Below are positions 55,098 through 64,000 of a stretch of 64,000 bases of DNA, piece by piece (within the stretch, counting starts at the first letter, position 1; every line of letters starts with the position of its first letter). The translations under genes were made by a program, and so were the position numbers. The DNA is from an uncultured Caldisericota bacterium. GTDB taxonomy: Bacteria; Caldisericota; Caldisericia; UBA6126. The stretch is taken from the NCBI GenBank assembly GCA_964427915.1, contig CAYRWA010000053.1, forward strand, positions 1,667-65,666. The letters are read 5' to 3'. The notes below the pieces were generated by a model, which searched no databases, had not been told where the DNA came from, and was given only the letters and a program-made list of their open reading frames with translations.

Positions 55098-58000
55098 GTG
55101 TCACATCAATCATTTACGTTGAGAGATTTGAACAAAATAAAACAAGACTTTCAAGCACCTGATCTTCTTGATATGCAAAGGAAATCCTTTGAATGGTTAC
55201 TTGAAAAAGGAATTCAAGAGTTGCTTGATGAGTTTGAAGAAACCGATACGAGCTATGAAAGCGGAAAAGTATTGGTTCGATTTCTAGGATATGAAGTTAC
55301 AAAACCTAAAGCAACCCCTGGAGAATGCAAAGTAAAAGGAAAAACATACAATGGAGAATTAAATCTCTCTATTCGATTAACCAATACAGAGCTTGGGGAA
55401 GAAATTCATCTTCAAGATAAAAGCAAACGAATTGCTGTAGGAGAATTCCCCTATATGACGCCTACTGGTTCTTTTATCATAAACGGCGTTGAGAGAGTTG
55501 TTGTTGGGCAGTTAACACGCTCCCCCGGAGTCTATTTTGAACAAAATATTTCTCCTAAAACTGGAGATCCATTATACAAAGCCACCATCATACCCGACCG
55601 GGGTTCATGGATTGAATTTGAAACCAATGAGAATGGGGTCGTCTTTGTTTATCTTGACAAGAGAAGCAAGAAACTTCCAGCTACAGTTGTTCTCCGTGCT
55701 ATGGGGCTTACAGACGACGAACTAAAAGATGCTTTGAAAGATGACACCGTTGTTGAACTCAGGGTGAATTCCAAAGAGTACTTTGATGCTGTTGGAAAAA
55801 AGTTATATGATGATATATATGACTTAACCACCGGCGAAGATCTCTACAAAAAAGGAACGGTTCTTACCCTCTCTATTCTAGAAGAGATATCCCAAACAAA
55901 CATTAGCCGAATCCACATTTATGATCGAGCTTTATCTCGGTTTGCTATTGCTACATTAGAAGAAGATAGCTCTAACGATGAAGAATCTGCCAAAAAATTG
56001 ATCTTTTTAAAATTAAGACCAGGAGAACGATACACAAAAGAAAATGCAGATATACAATTCAAACAAGTTTTGACGGATCCTCGACGCAATGATTTAGGTG
56101 AAGTGGGTCGATATAAAATTAACAAAAAGCTTGGGTTGAATGTGCAAGACAGAACTATTACAAAAGATGATTTACGTAAGTTAATACAGTATTTCGCAAA
56201 AATTGAACACAATACGGGGCAAACAGACAATCGAGATCATTTGGGAAACAAACGTTTACGATTGGTTGGAGAACTCCTCAAAAATAACATGAGAATTGGC
56301 TTGCATAGAGTCATGAAAAACACCTATGAAAAGATTTCTGTAACGCCTTGGGAAGAAATTCACAAACACACATCCAGCATTATAAACCCAAGACCACTAG
56401 AAGCAGCAATAAAGGAGTTTTTTAGCATGGGACAATTGTCTCAATTTATGGATGAAACCAACCCTATAGCTTCTTTAACTCACAAAAGAAGAATTTCTGC
56501 GCTGGGACCGGGTGGTCTCCACAGAGAAAGAGCAGGGGCTGAAGTTCGAGACGTTCACTATTCTCATTATGGAAGAATATGTCCCATTGAAACACCGGAA
56601 GGTGAAAACGTAGGCCTTATCAATTCTCTCTCTGTGTATTCCAAAGTAGACGACCGAGGCTTTATTGTTGCTACCTATAAGGTTGTTGAAAACTCTAAAG
56701 TAACCGATAAAGTTGTTTCATATACAGCTGACGATGAAGACGATAAATATATTGCTCAATTCGATACTCCTGTGGATGCTGATGGTAATATTATTGTTGA
56801 TACTGTCTTGTGTCGCCATTATGAAGAGTATATCATAGTACCGAAAGAGAAAGTAAACTTGATTGATATTTCTCCCTTGCAGGTTTTTTCTGTTTCAGCT
56901 GGTTTAATTGCCTTTTTGGAACACGATGATGCAAACCGTGCATTAATGGGCTGCAATATGCAGCACCAAGCGGTTCCTCTTATTCACCCAGCCATACCCT
57001 ATTCAGGTACAGGTTTGGAAGAAAAAGCAGCCATTGACTCCGGAGCTTCAGAGTTATCCCCTCACGATGGAATGGTATCCTATGTAGATTCTCGACAAAT
57101 TGCTATCACCTCACCAGACAATGGTTTTGAACAAGTGCTTATAGGAAAATTCAATGTCTCTCTGATTGACAAAGTGATTGCAGAGAATATTCCAAACATT
57201 GCTGAGGTTGGTCAACAAATTGATGGGAACCTACTTCACAAACTGTTTTATAATGGATACTCCACAGTAGCCTACACCGATTCGGATGTATTTGAAACCA
57301 TCGACTTAGCTGAACTGGTCCTGTATGAAAAAAATGAAATGCTGATTGGTCGTAAGCTGGTGAGTGACGTTTACACCAAAACAAACAAAATACTTATTAA
57401 TTCCGGAAGAGAAATTACAAAAGGCTTAATGGACCGTTTGATTGGAGCCAAAATATCTACTGTTGAGGTAGAAGGATGGGCAGGTGGAGTTGAACGAGTG
57501 CCTGTATTCGAAGTGAAGTATGTTCACAAAGACAATATTCCTATTGACAGGATTCTTGTTCATTCTGACCCCTACTGCGAAGCTTTGGAATATGGAAAAC
57601 AAATATCTCCTTCCACATTTACAAAATTGAAAGAACACAATGTTCGCAAAATTACTTTGATTTCTACAGGAGAATTAAAATATGCGCAGTCTTTTGATTT
57701 AAATCCTAAATTGCGGAAGTCGGTTTTACTTGCCAAAGATGTTTATGTTGGTGGAGAAATCCTTGTGAAAAAAGACAGTCAAGTAGACACCAGCTTAATT
57801 ATTACTTTGGTGAAAAACAATGTAGAGGTTGTTGACATTTACAAATCAACTACCATCTCTTTCACGAAGTTCCGAAGAACAAATCAAGATACTGTTGTAA
57901 ACAAATATCCCTTGGTTTCACAAGGGGATATCGTAACGAAAAAGACCCCGATTATTAATGGAGAGGGATGCGATCGAGGAAGATTGGCACTAGGGCAAAA

Positions 58001-59372
58001 TCTATTAACAGCCTATTTGCCTTGGAGAGGGTACAATTACCAAGACGCTATTGTCCTTAGCCAAAGACTTGTCGAAGAAGATACTCTGACGTCTCTTCAT
58101 ATTAAAGAACATAAAGTTCAGGTACGTGATACGAAAGTAGGACCCCAAGAGATAACGAGAGATATTCCCAATGTTCCCGAAGAACAGCTCCGCAATTTGG
58201 ACGATGAGGGGATTATTCGCGTTGGTACAGAAGTAGGTCCCAATGACATATTGGTAGGAAAAATAACCCCCAAAGCTGAAAGTGAATTTACTCCTGAAAT
58301 GAAATTGTGGAGAGCTATGTTTGACAAAAAAGGTCAAGATGTAAAAGATTCATCTTTACGGGTACCCCCAGGGGACAGAGGTACGGTCATTGATGTGCAA
58401 ATTCTATCCAGAGAAGATGAAGAAAATTTACCTATAGGGGTTAACAAAATTGTAAAAGTATATATTGGTGAAAAGAGAAAAATTCAGATTGGCGACAAGC
58501 TGTCTGGTAGACACGGAAACAAAGGCGTCATCTCGAAAATTCTTCCTGTGGAAGATATGCCCTTCTTGGAAGATGGCACCCCCGTGGATATTGTATTAAA
58601 TCCCTTGGGTGTACCTTCTAGAATGAATGTCGGCCAAATACTGGAATGTTTGCTTGGTATTATTGCTCACAACTCTCATTCATATTGTGTGACTACTCCA
58701 TTTGCCGGAATGAATCCAGAGGAACTTTTGAAGTATTTAGAAGAAGATGGTACTTCCAAACATGGCAAAAGAGTTTTGTTTGATGGATATACAGGAGAAC
58801 AATTCGAAAGATCTGTGACAGTTGGATATTCCTATATCATGAAATTAAATCATATGGTAGAAGATAAAATTCACGCTCGGTCAATTGGTCCCTATGCTTT
58901 AATTACTCAACAGCCATTAGGCGGAAAAGCTCAATTTGGAGGACAGCGTTTCGGCGAAATGGAAGTGTGGGCATTAGAAGCGTATGGAGCTGCCTATACA
59001 TTGAATGAAATGCTAACAATTAAATCCGACGATACGGAAGGTCGCGTTAAGGCCTACGAAGCCATATGCAACCGCGATTTGATCCAACCAAGCAGCAATC
59101 CAGAGTCCTTTAATGTTATTATCAATGAGTTAAAAGGGTTGGGCATTAAAATGGAAGTTGTTGAAGATACGACTTACGATGAAGATCAATTGGAATTAAC
59201 CCTTCAGGATTCTATCATTACTCCAGAAACAACAGAAAGGTTAGATTCCGATTTTCAGAGATTTATGAATGAAGATCTTGGATATGACGATGAAATGGGG
59301 AACATAACGGATTCCTCAGAAGATGATAGCGACGATAATTCAATTCTTAATACCAAGGAGGATCATGAATGA
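55098..59372 (+). CDS. rpoB: DNA-directed RNA polymerase subunit beta (1424 aa, with large insertion and acidic C-terminal tail)
   Basis: A GTG start follows AAGGAG. Conserved blocks are present throughout (FIINGVERVVV, RISALGPGGL, ETPEGENVGLI, GRHGNKGVISKI, NPLGVPSRMNVGQ, GGQRFGEMEVWALEAYGA). Confidence 0.95.
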   Translation: MSHQSFTLRDLNKIKQDFQAPDLLDMQRKSFEWLLEKGIQELLDEFEETDTSYESGKVLVRFLGYEVTKPKATPGECKVKGKTYNGELNLSIRLTNTELGEEIHLQDKSKRIAVGEFPYMTPTGSFIINGVERVVVGQLTRSPGVYFEQNISPKTGDPLYKATIIPDRGSWIEFETNENGVVFVYLDKRSKKLPATVVLRAMGLTDDELKDALKDDTVVELRVNSKEYFDAVGKKLYDDIYDLTTGEDLYKKGTVLTLSILEEISQTNISRIHIYDRALSRFAIATLEEDSSNDEESAKKLIFLKLRPGERYTKENADIQFKQVLTDPRRNDLGEVGRYKINKKLGLNVQDRTITKDDLRKLIQYFAKIEHNTGQTDNRDHLGNKRLRLVGELLKNNMRIGLHRVMKNTYEKISVTPWEEIHKHTSSIINPRPLEAAIKEFFSMGQLSQFMDETNPIASLTHKRRISALGPGGLHRERAGAEVRDVHYSHYGRICPIETPEGENVGLINSLSVYSKVDDRGFIVATYKVVENSKVTDKVVSYTADDEDDKYIAQFDTPVDADGNIIVDTVLCRHYEEYIIVPKEKVNLIDISPLQVFSVSAGLIAFLEHDDANRALMGCNMQHQAVPLIHPAIPYSGTGLEEKAAIDSGASELSPHDGMVSYVDSRQIAITSPDNGFEQVLIGKFNVSLIDKVIAENIPNIAEVGQQIDGNLLHKLFYNGYSTVAYTDSDVFETIDLAELVLYEKNEMLIGRKLVSDVYTKTNKILINSGREITKGLMDRLIGAKISTVEVEGWAGGVERVPVFEVKYVHKDNIPIDRILVHSDPYCEALEYGKQISPSTFTKLKEHNVRKITLISTGELKYAQSFDLNPKLRKSVLLAKDVYVGGEILVKKDSQVDTSLIITLVKNNVEVVDIYKSTTISFTKFRRTNQDTVVNKYPLVSQGDIVTKKTPIINGEGCDRGRLALGQNLLTAYLPWRGYNYQDAIVLSQRLVEEDTLTSLHIKEHKVQVRDTKVGPQEITRDIPNVPEEQLRNLDDEGIIRVGTEVGPNDILVGKITPKAESEFTPEMKLWRAMFDKKGQDVKDSSLRVPPGDRGTVIDVQILSREDEENLPIGVNKIVKVYIGEKRKIQIGDKLSGRHGNKGVISKILPVEDMPFLEDGTPVDIVLNPLGVPSRMNVGQILECLLGIIAHNSHSYCVTTPFAGMNPEELLKYLEEDGTSKHGKRVLFDGYTGEQFERSVTVGYSYIMKLNHMVEDKIHARSIGPYALITQQPLGGKAQFGGQRFGEMEVWALEAYGAAYTLNEMLTIKSDDTEGRVKAYEAICNRDLIQPSSNPESFNVIINELKGLGIKMEVVEDTTYDEDQLELTLQDSIITPETTERLDSDFQRFMNEDLGYDDEMGNITDSSEDDSDDNSILNTKEDHE

Positions 59373-61438
59373 AGCTTTATGAAGCAAAAAACATCCGCAA
59401 TGTAGTACTAGCAGGTCATGGAGGTGTAGGTAAAACATCCATTGTTGAAGCTCTTGCTTACAAAACCAAAGTGACTGACCGACTAGGAAAAATACAGGAT
59501 GGTAATACTGTTTCAGATTTTGAACCAGAAGAGACAAAGCGACAAATATCTGTTAGTTTGTCTTTGATTCCTATTGAATATAACGGTTTAAAAATAAATC
59601 TTCTTGATTCTCCAGGATATTTTGACTTTGTTGGTGAAGTAAAATCCGCCATGATTGCAGCTGACGGAGCACTTATTGTAGTGGATGTTGCATCAGGTCC
59701 ACAAGCCGGCACAGAAAAAACTTTTTATTATGCTCAAGGGCATAACTTACCCACTGCTTTTGTTGTCAACAAAATAGACCGTGAAAATGTTAAGATTGTT
59801 GATACCATTCAGGCGATTCAGCAACAATACTCGGAGAAGTGTTTTCCACTTTATTTTCCATATATCAAGGGAGAAGAACTCCAAGGCATGGTGGACGTAG
59901 TATACAAAAAATACAAAACTAAAGATGGAAAAGAAGCGGATATTCCAGAAGAAATTGTACCTACTATTGAAGGTTATTATGATGCTCTACTCGAAGCTGT
60001 TATTGAAGTAGATGATGCTATAGTTGAAAAGTATTTAGGTGGAGAGGAAATCTCTCACAATGAGTTTTTAGATTGTTTAAAAAAATCCATCCACCAGCGC
60101 TCTGTCTTTCCTATTCTGTTTACCGTAGCTACCGATAGCTATGGAACAGAGGAAATGCTGGATTTTATCTCCACGTATATGCCCAGCCCAGAGGATAAGG
60201 GAAGCATTGTAGCCACAAAAGATGACAAAACTGAAACAGACTTGCCAGTAGATAAAAATGCACCTCTTGCTGCATTGGTTTTTAAAACGATGACGGATCC
60301 TTATGTTGGCAGAATATCTTTAGTTAAAGTCTTTTCTGGAAACCTTGATTCCAATTCTAAGATTTACAACACAGCAGAAGAAAAAAGTGATAAAATTGGG
60401 CAAATTGCCACCTTTATCGGAAAAAAAGAAGTACCCATCGATCATATACCAGCAGGTGATATTGGCGCTATCACAAAACTAACTTTAACAAAAACAGGAC
60501 ATACTCTTTCTCAGGCTGATCATGTAATCACTATTCCCTGGATTGAACTACCCATTCCAAATGCTCGTATGTCTATTAAAGCAGAAAAAAAATCTGACGA
60601 AGATAAACTAGGCGCTGTTCTTCCTAAAATGCAAGAAGACGATGTCAGCATTCTGATTGAACGAGATCATGATACCGGTGAAACTATTATACGAGGAATG
60701 GGAGATAATCATTTACAAGTTACGATGGAAAAAGCAAAGAGAAAATTTGGAGTCTCCTTCCTTCTAGAGCAACCCAAAATAGCTTACAAAGAAACTATTC
60801 GAAAATCCATAAAAGTGGAGGGAAAACATAAAAAACAATCAGGTGGTCATGGTCAGTTTGGACATTGTTGGTTAGAAGTTCAACCAGCTAAACGTGGAGA
60901 ATATTTCGAGTTTGAGAACAAAATTTTTGGAGGAGCCATCCCAAAAACATATGTACCAGCTGTCGAAAAGGGTGTTCTTGAGGCTATGCAACACGGGCTT
61001 CTAGCTGGATATCCTGTAGTGGATTTAAAAGTAACTGTTTATGACGGATCATATCACCCCGTAGACTCTTCTGAACAAGCCTTTAAAATGGCAGGATCTA
61101 TAGCATTAAAAAAGGCTCTTGAACAGGGGGAGTCAATATTGTTAGAACCAATCATGAGTTTGAAAGTACATGTCCCCGAAGAATCTATGGGATCTGTCAT
61201 CGATGATTTGAATACAAGACGTGGACGCATTATGAGCATGAAAGTTGGCCAACAAAAAGGATGGCAAATCATTGAAGCACAAGCTCCCCTTGGTGAATTA
61301 TCGAACTATATTACCACCATAAAATCAGTATCCGGTGCCAGAGGATTTTATGCAATGGAGTTTTCTCACTATGAAGAAGCACCACCAAAAACGGTTCAAA
61401 AAGTTATAGAAGAAGCCAAAGAAGAAGAAGCTTCTTAG
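59369..61438 (+). CDS. Elongation factor G paralog (EF-G2-like translational GTPase)
   Basis: It has G1 AGHGGVGKTS, G3 DSPGYFDF (Tyr in place of the canonical His), G4 NKID, and the domain III-V pattern including KKQSGGHGQFGH. It resembles the Thermus EF-G-2 N-terminus (VGHAGSGKTT, DAPGYGDF) as I recall it. Its ATG overlaps the rpoB stop. Confidence 0.85.
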   Translation: MKLYEAKNIRNVVLAGHGGVGKTSIVEALAYKTKVTDRLGKIQDGNTVSDFEPEETKRQISVSLSLIPIEYNGLKINLLDSPGYFDFVGEVKSAMIAADGALIVVDVASGPQAGTEKTFYYAQGHNLPTAFVVNKIDRENVKIVDTIQAIQQQYSEKCFPLYFPYIKGEELQGMVDVVYKKYKTKDGKEADIPEEIVPTIEGYYDALLEAVIEVDDAIVEKYLGGEEISHNEFLDCLKKSIHQRSVFPILFTVATDSYGTEEMLDFISTYMPSPEDKGSIVATKDDKTETDLPVDKNAPLAALVFKTMTDPYVGRISLVKVFSGNLDSNSKIYNTAEEKSDKIGQIATFIGKKEVPIDHIPAGDIGAITKLTLTKTGHTLSQADHVITIPWIELPIPNARMSIKAEKKSDEDKLGAVLPKMQEDDVSILIERDHDTGETIIRGMGDNHLQVTMEKAKRKFGVSFLLEQPKIAYKETIRKSIKVEGKHKKQSGGHGQFGHCWLEVQPAKRGEYFEFENKIFGGAIPKTYVPAVEKGVLEAMQHGLLAGYPVVDLKVTVYDGSYHPVDSSEQAFKMAGSIALKKALEQGESILLEPIMSLKVHVPEESMGSVIDDLNTRRGRIMSMKVGQQKGWQIIEAQAPLGELSNYITTIKSVSGARGFYAMEFSHYEEAPPKTVQKVIEEAKEEEAS

Positions 61439-61474
61439 GAATGTATACAAGTATATGCAAAGGGGGTTCTCGTT

Positions 61475-64000
61475 TTGAATAACAAGCAAACACGAGATAA
61501 CTTACAAAAAAAACAGTCAGTTACGGATTATGAAGCTATATCGATCCACTTAGCTAGTGCAGATGAAATCTTAAGTTGGAGCTTTGGAGAAGTTAGAAAG
61601 TCCGAAACCATTAGTTATCGGAACTTTAAGCCAGAACCAGATGGATTGTTTTGCGAAAAAATATTTGGACCCTTCAAAGACTACGAGTGCCGATGTGGAA
61701 AATACAAAGGAAAACGATATGAAGGAGTTATTTGTGATCGATGTGGAGTGCAAGTTACACGTTCTACTGTTCGAAGAGAACGCATGGGCCACATATCCTT
61801 AGCAGCTCCTATTATTCATATTTGGTATTTAAAGACTGTTCCTTTTGTATCTTTGCTTTTGAATATGACATCCAAAGCACTTCAGGAAGTTGTCTATTTT
61901 GTGAAATATATTGTTGTGGATCCAGGCGATACCGATTTTAAAAAATGTCAGGTCATTCGCGATGAAGAGTACCATAAAGCCATTGACGAAGGACATAAAT
62001 TTAAAGCTGGTAAAGGTGCTGAATCTGTTAAGATTCTCTTGGATGAAATTGACTTGGAATCCCTAAAAAAAGAATTGCAAAATCAAATGGATACAACCTC
62101 ACAACAGAAGAAAACTAAGTTAGTTAAACGACTGAATGCTGTTGGAGCTTTTTTATCCACGGATCGAAAACCGAGTGATATGATTATGTCTGTTGTTCCC
62201 ATTATTCCACCTGACCTGCGACCCCTTCTTCAATTGGATGGTGGACGTTTTGCTACATCCGACTTAAATACGTTGTATCAACGAGTTATTAATCGTAACA
62301 GTAGATTGTCAAAGCTTTTAGACGTTAGTGCTCCGGACATCATGATTCAAAACGAAAAGCGAATGTTACAAGAAGCAGTAGATGCTTTAATGGATAATAG
62401 CAAGCGTAGTAGACCTGTATTGGGAACAGGAAATCGACCATTACGCTCCCTTTCGGACATCTTAAAGGGTAAAGAAGGACGATTCCGTCAAAATTTATTG
62501 GGTAAACGAGTTGATTTTTCCGGTCGTTCTGTCATTGTTGTCAATCCAGAGCTGAGACTAAATGAATGTGGCCTTCCCAAAGAGATGGTTTTGGAGCTTT
62601 TTAAACCATTTGTCATGGAGCGATTGACGAAAAAAGGTTTAGCTCAAAGTTTACGATCAGCTAAGTTAAAAATTGAAAAATTTGATCCTGTCGTTTGGGG
62701 TGTTTTAGGTGAGGTTATTAAAGGGCATCCTGTCTTATTAAACCGAGCCCCTACTCTTCACAGATTGGGCGTTGAAGGCTTTAGAGTGACCATTTGTGAA
62801 GGTAAAGCCATTCAAATTCCCCCCTTAGTATGTCCTCCTTTTAATGCCGACTTTGACGGTGACCAGATGGCAGTGCATGTACCACTATCCATCCCCGCTA
62901 TTGTTGAAACTGAAACTCTCATGATGTCAAGCAGAAACTTAATGTCTCCTGCTAGCGGGTTACCAAATATGGCTCCGATTCATGACGTTGTATTGGGATC
63001 TTATTATTTGACACTAGATTTAGAAGATTCACGCTACAAGAAGCATGATAAAGATTATGTATTTCACTCTCTAGAAGAAGTGCAAATTGCTCTTGATTAT
63101 AAAAAAGTCGATATTCATGACCGGGTTCGAGTTTATGTTGATGGAGAAACACTACAAACTACGGTTGGGAGAGTTGTGTTTAACATTCATTTACGCAAAC
63201 TTCTTCTTGTCCTTGGGCATGATCCGTCTGAACTGGCTTTTATCAATGAAGCGTTAACGTCCAAAAAGCTGAAAATGATTATTACAAGTTTTTATCATCA
63301 ATTTGGAGAAGAAGTTACGGTTGAGTTTCTAGAAAAAATAAAACAACTAGGATTCATTTATTCTACCATTACAGGCATTACTGTAGGAATAGATGACATG
63401 GTAGAGTCACCTAATCTACAAGACCGGATCCATGAAGCAGAAACAAAAGAAATCCAACTGAAAAAAGCCTATGAAAATGGTTTAATATCAGATCAAGAAA
63501 GACATAAAAAAATTATTGACAATTGGAACCAATGTACATCTGACATTCGAAATGGTGCTTTTAAGAATTTCTTCCGAACCAACCCTATTCATATGATGGC
63601 TTCCTCTGGAGCCCGAGGAAACCCATCACAGGTATCACAAATGGTTGGTATTCGTGGGTTGATGCAGGATCCTACAGGGAAGACCATCGAATACCCAATT
63701 AAGAACAACCTTCGTTCAGGATTAACAGTAATTGAGTATTTCATTTCTACCCACGGTGCTCGAAAAGGGCAAGCTGATACTGCCTTAAAAACCTCCGATT
63801 CTGGATATTTAACCCGTAGACTTGTAGACGTAGCTCATTCGGTAATTATTCGTGAGAATGATTGCGAACATACGACAAAAATTGCTAAAGTTGCTGCTGG
63901 AAAGACCATTCGCAATATTACTCCTCAAATTGTTGGACTTTATGCTGATCAAGATATTATCAAACCAAAGACGGAAAAAGTATTTTTGAAAAAAGGCGAA
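61475..64000 (+). CDS. rpoC: DNA-directed RNA polymerase subunit beta-prime, 5' 842 codons (continues beyond window)
   Basis: It is missing from the ORF track because no stop occurs before the window end. My own translation from TTG 61475 (AGGGGG lies 8 nt upstream) gives ...LFCEKIFGPFKDYECRCGKYKGKRYEGVICDRCGVQV...RMGHISLAAPIIHIWY..., and later NADFDGDQMAVH near 62840-62880. Confidence 0.93.
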   Translation, partial: MNNKQTRDNLQKKQSVTDYEAISIHLASADEILSWSFGEVRKSETISYRNFKPEPDGLFCEKIFGPFKDYECRCGKYKGKRYEGVICDRCGVQVTRSTVRRERMGHISLAAPIIHIWYLKTVPFVSLLLNMTSKALQEVVYFVKYIVVDPGDTDFKKCQVIRDEEYHKAIDEGHKFKAGKGAESVKILLDEIDLESLKKELQNQMDTTSQQKKTKLVKRLNAVGAFLSTDRKPSDMIMSVVPIIPPDLRPLLQLDGGRFATSDLNTLYQRVINRNSRLSKLLDVSAPDIMIQNEKRMLQEAVDALMDNSKRSRPVLGTGNRPLRSLSDILKGKEGRFRQNLLGKRVDFSGRSVIVVNPELRLNECGLPKEMVLELFKPFVMERLTKKGLAQSLRSAKLKIEKFDPVVWGVLGEVIKGHPVLLNRAPTLHRLGVEGFRVTICEGKAIQIPPLVCPPFNADFDGDQMAVHVPLSIPAIVETETLMMSSRNLMSPASGLPNMAPIHDVVLGSYYLTLDLEDSRYKKHDKDYVFHSLEEVQIALDYKKVDIHDRVRVYVDGETLQTTVGRVVFNIHLRKLLLVLGHDPSELAFINEALTSKKLKMIITSFYHQFGEEVTVEFLEKIKQLGFIYSTITGITVGIDDMVESPNLQDRIHEAETKEIQLKKAYENGLISDQERHKKIIDNWNQCTSDIRNGAFKNFFRTNPIHMMASSGARGNPSQVSQMVGIRGLMQDPTGKTIEYPIKNNLRSGLTVIEYFISTHGARKGQADTALKTSDSGYLTRRLVDVAHSVIIRENDCEHTTKIAKVAAGKTIRNITPQIVGLYADQDIIKPKTEKVFLKKGE

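Noticed and set aside
61439-64000. The ORF track shows no long ORF for the last 2.5 kb. This could have meant a pseudogene, recoding or a non-coding region.
   Set aside because: Translating from TTG 61475 gives an uninterrupted, fully conserved RpoC N-terminal 842 aa. The ORF is missing from the track only because no stop codon occurs before the window edge.
1-64000. I searched the whole window for mobile elements, CRISPR arrays, toxin-antitoxin pairs and known defence-system domains.
   Set aside because: I found no transposase, integrase, Cas, reverse-transcriptase, nuclease-NTPase or other defence-type domain architecture, and no direct-repeat/spacer array on either strand. The window reads as core chromosome.

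Overview
This is an AT-rich, very gene-dense bacterial chromosomal segment. I count about 57 protein-coding genes, 3 tRNAs and one clear intrinsic terminator. I recognise no rRNA, CRISPR array, transposase, integrase or phage genes. All family calls come from reading the translations for signature motifs; no database search was possible.

Core genes present:
- pyrC-pyrK-(pyrD 5' end), corA, purF, mutY
- secG followed by tRNA-Leu(GAG), tRNA-Val(TAC) and tRNA-Asp(GTC)
- an ECF-transporter S component with coaX and dusB
- a translationally coupled hypothetical-greA-lysS-hutH string
- uvrC, pfkA, rsmD-coaD, alr, sucC-sucD, hutI, acpS
- rpoB and the 5' 2.5 kb of rpoC. rpoC is absent from the supplied ORF track only because it runs off the window.

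Interspersed are many secreted or envelope proteins:
- tandem SurA/PpiD-like PPIases and tandem NTF2-like membrane proteins
- proteins carrying copper-amine-oxidase-N-terminal ('stalk') repeats
- two paralogous WCGxC thioredoxin-like surface proteins, one ending in a dockerin
- a 980-aa four-module surface protein, an M28 peptidase, a triple-GerMN protein, and an ECF sigma/anti-sigma pair

This looks like ordinary core genome rather than an accessory island. I do not see a defence-type system.

Most unusual observations:
1. An EF-G2-type GTPase paralog sits between rpoB and rpoC. Its ATG overlaps the rpoB stop.
2. RpoB itself carries a roughly 240-aa internally repetitive insertion and a roughly 70-aa acidic tail.
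3. GreA carries a roughly 140-aa lysine-rich, histone-H1-like N-terminal extension.
4. A YchF homolog with degenerate nucleotide-binding motifs is embedded in a sucCD-hutI string.
5. A small, extremely acidic protein has an ArdA-like C-terminal motif.
6. Convergent gene pairs lie back-to-back or overlap, including two shared TTAA stops, and leave no room for terminators.
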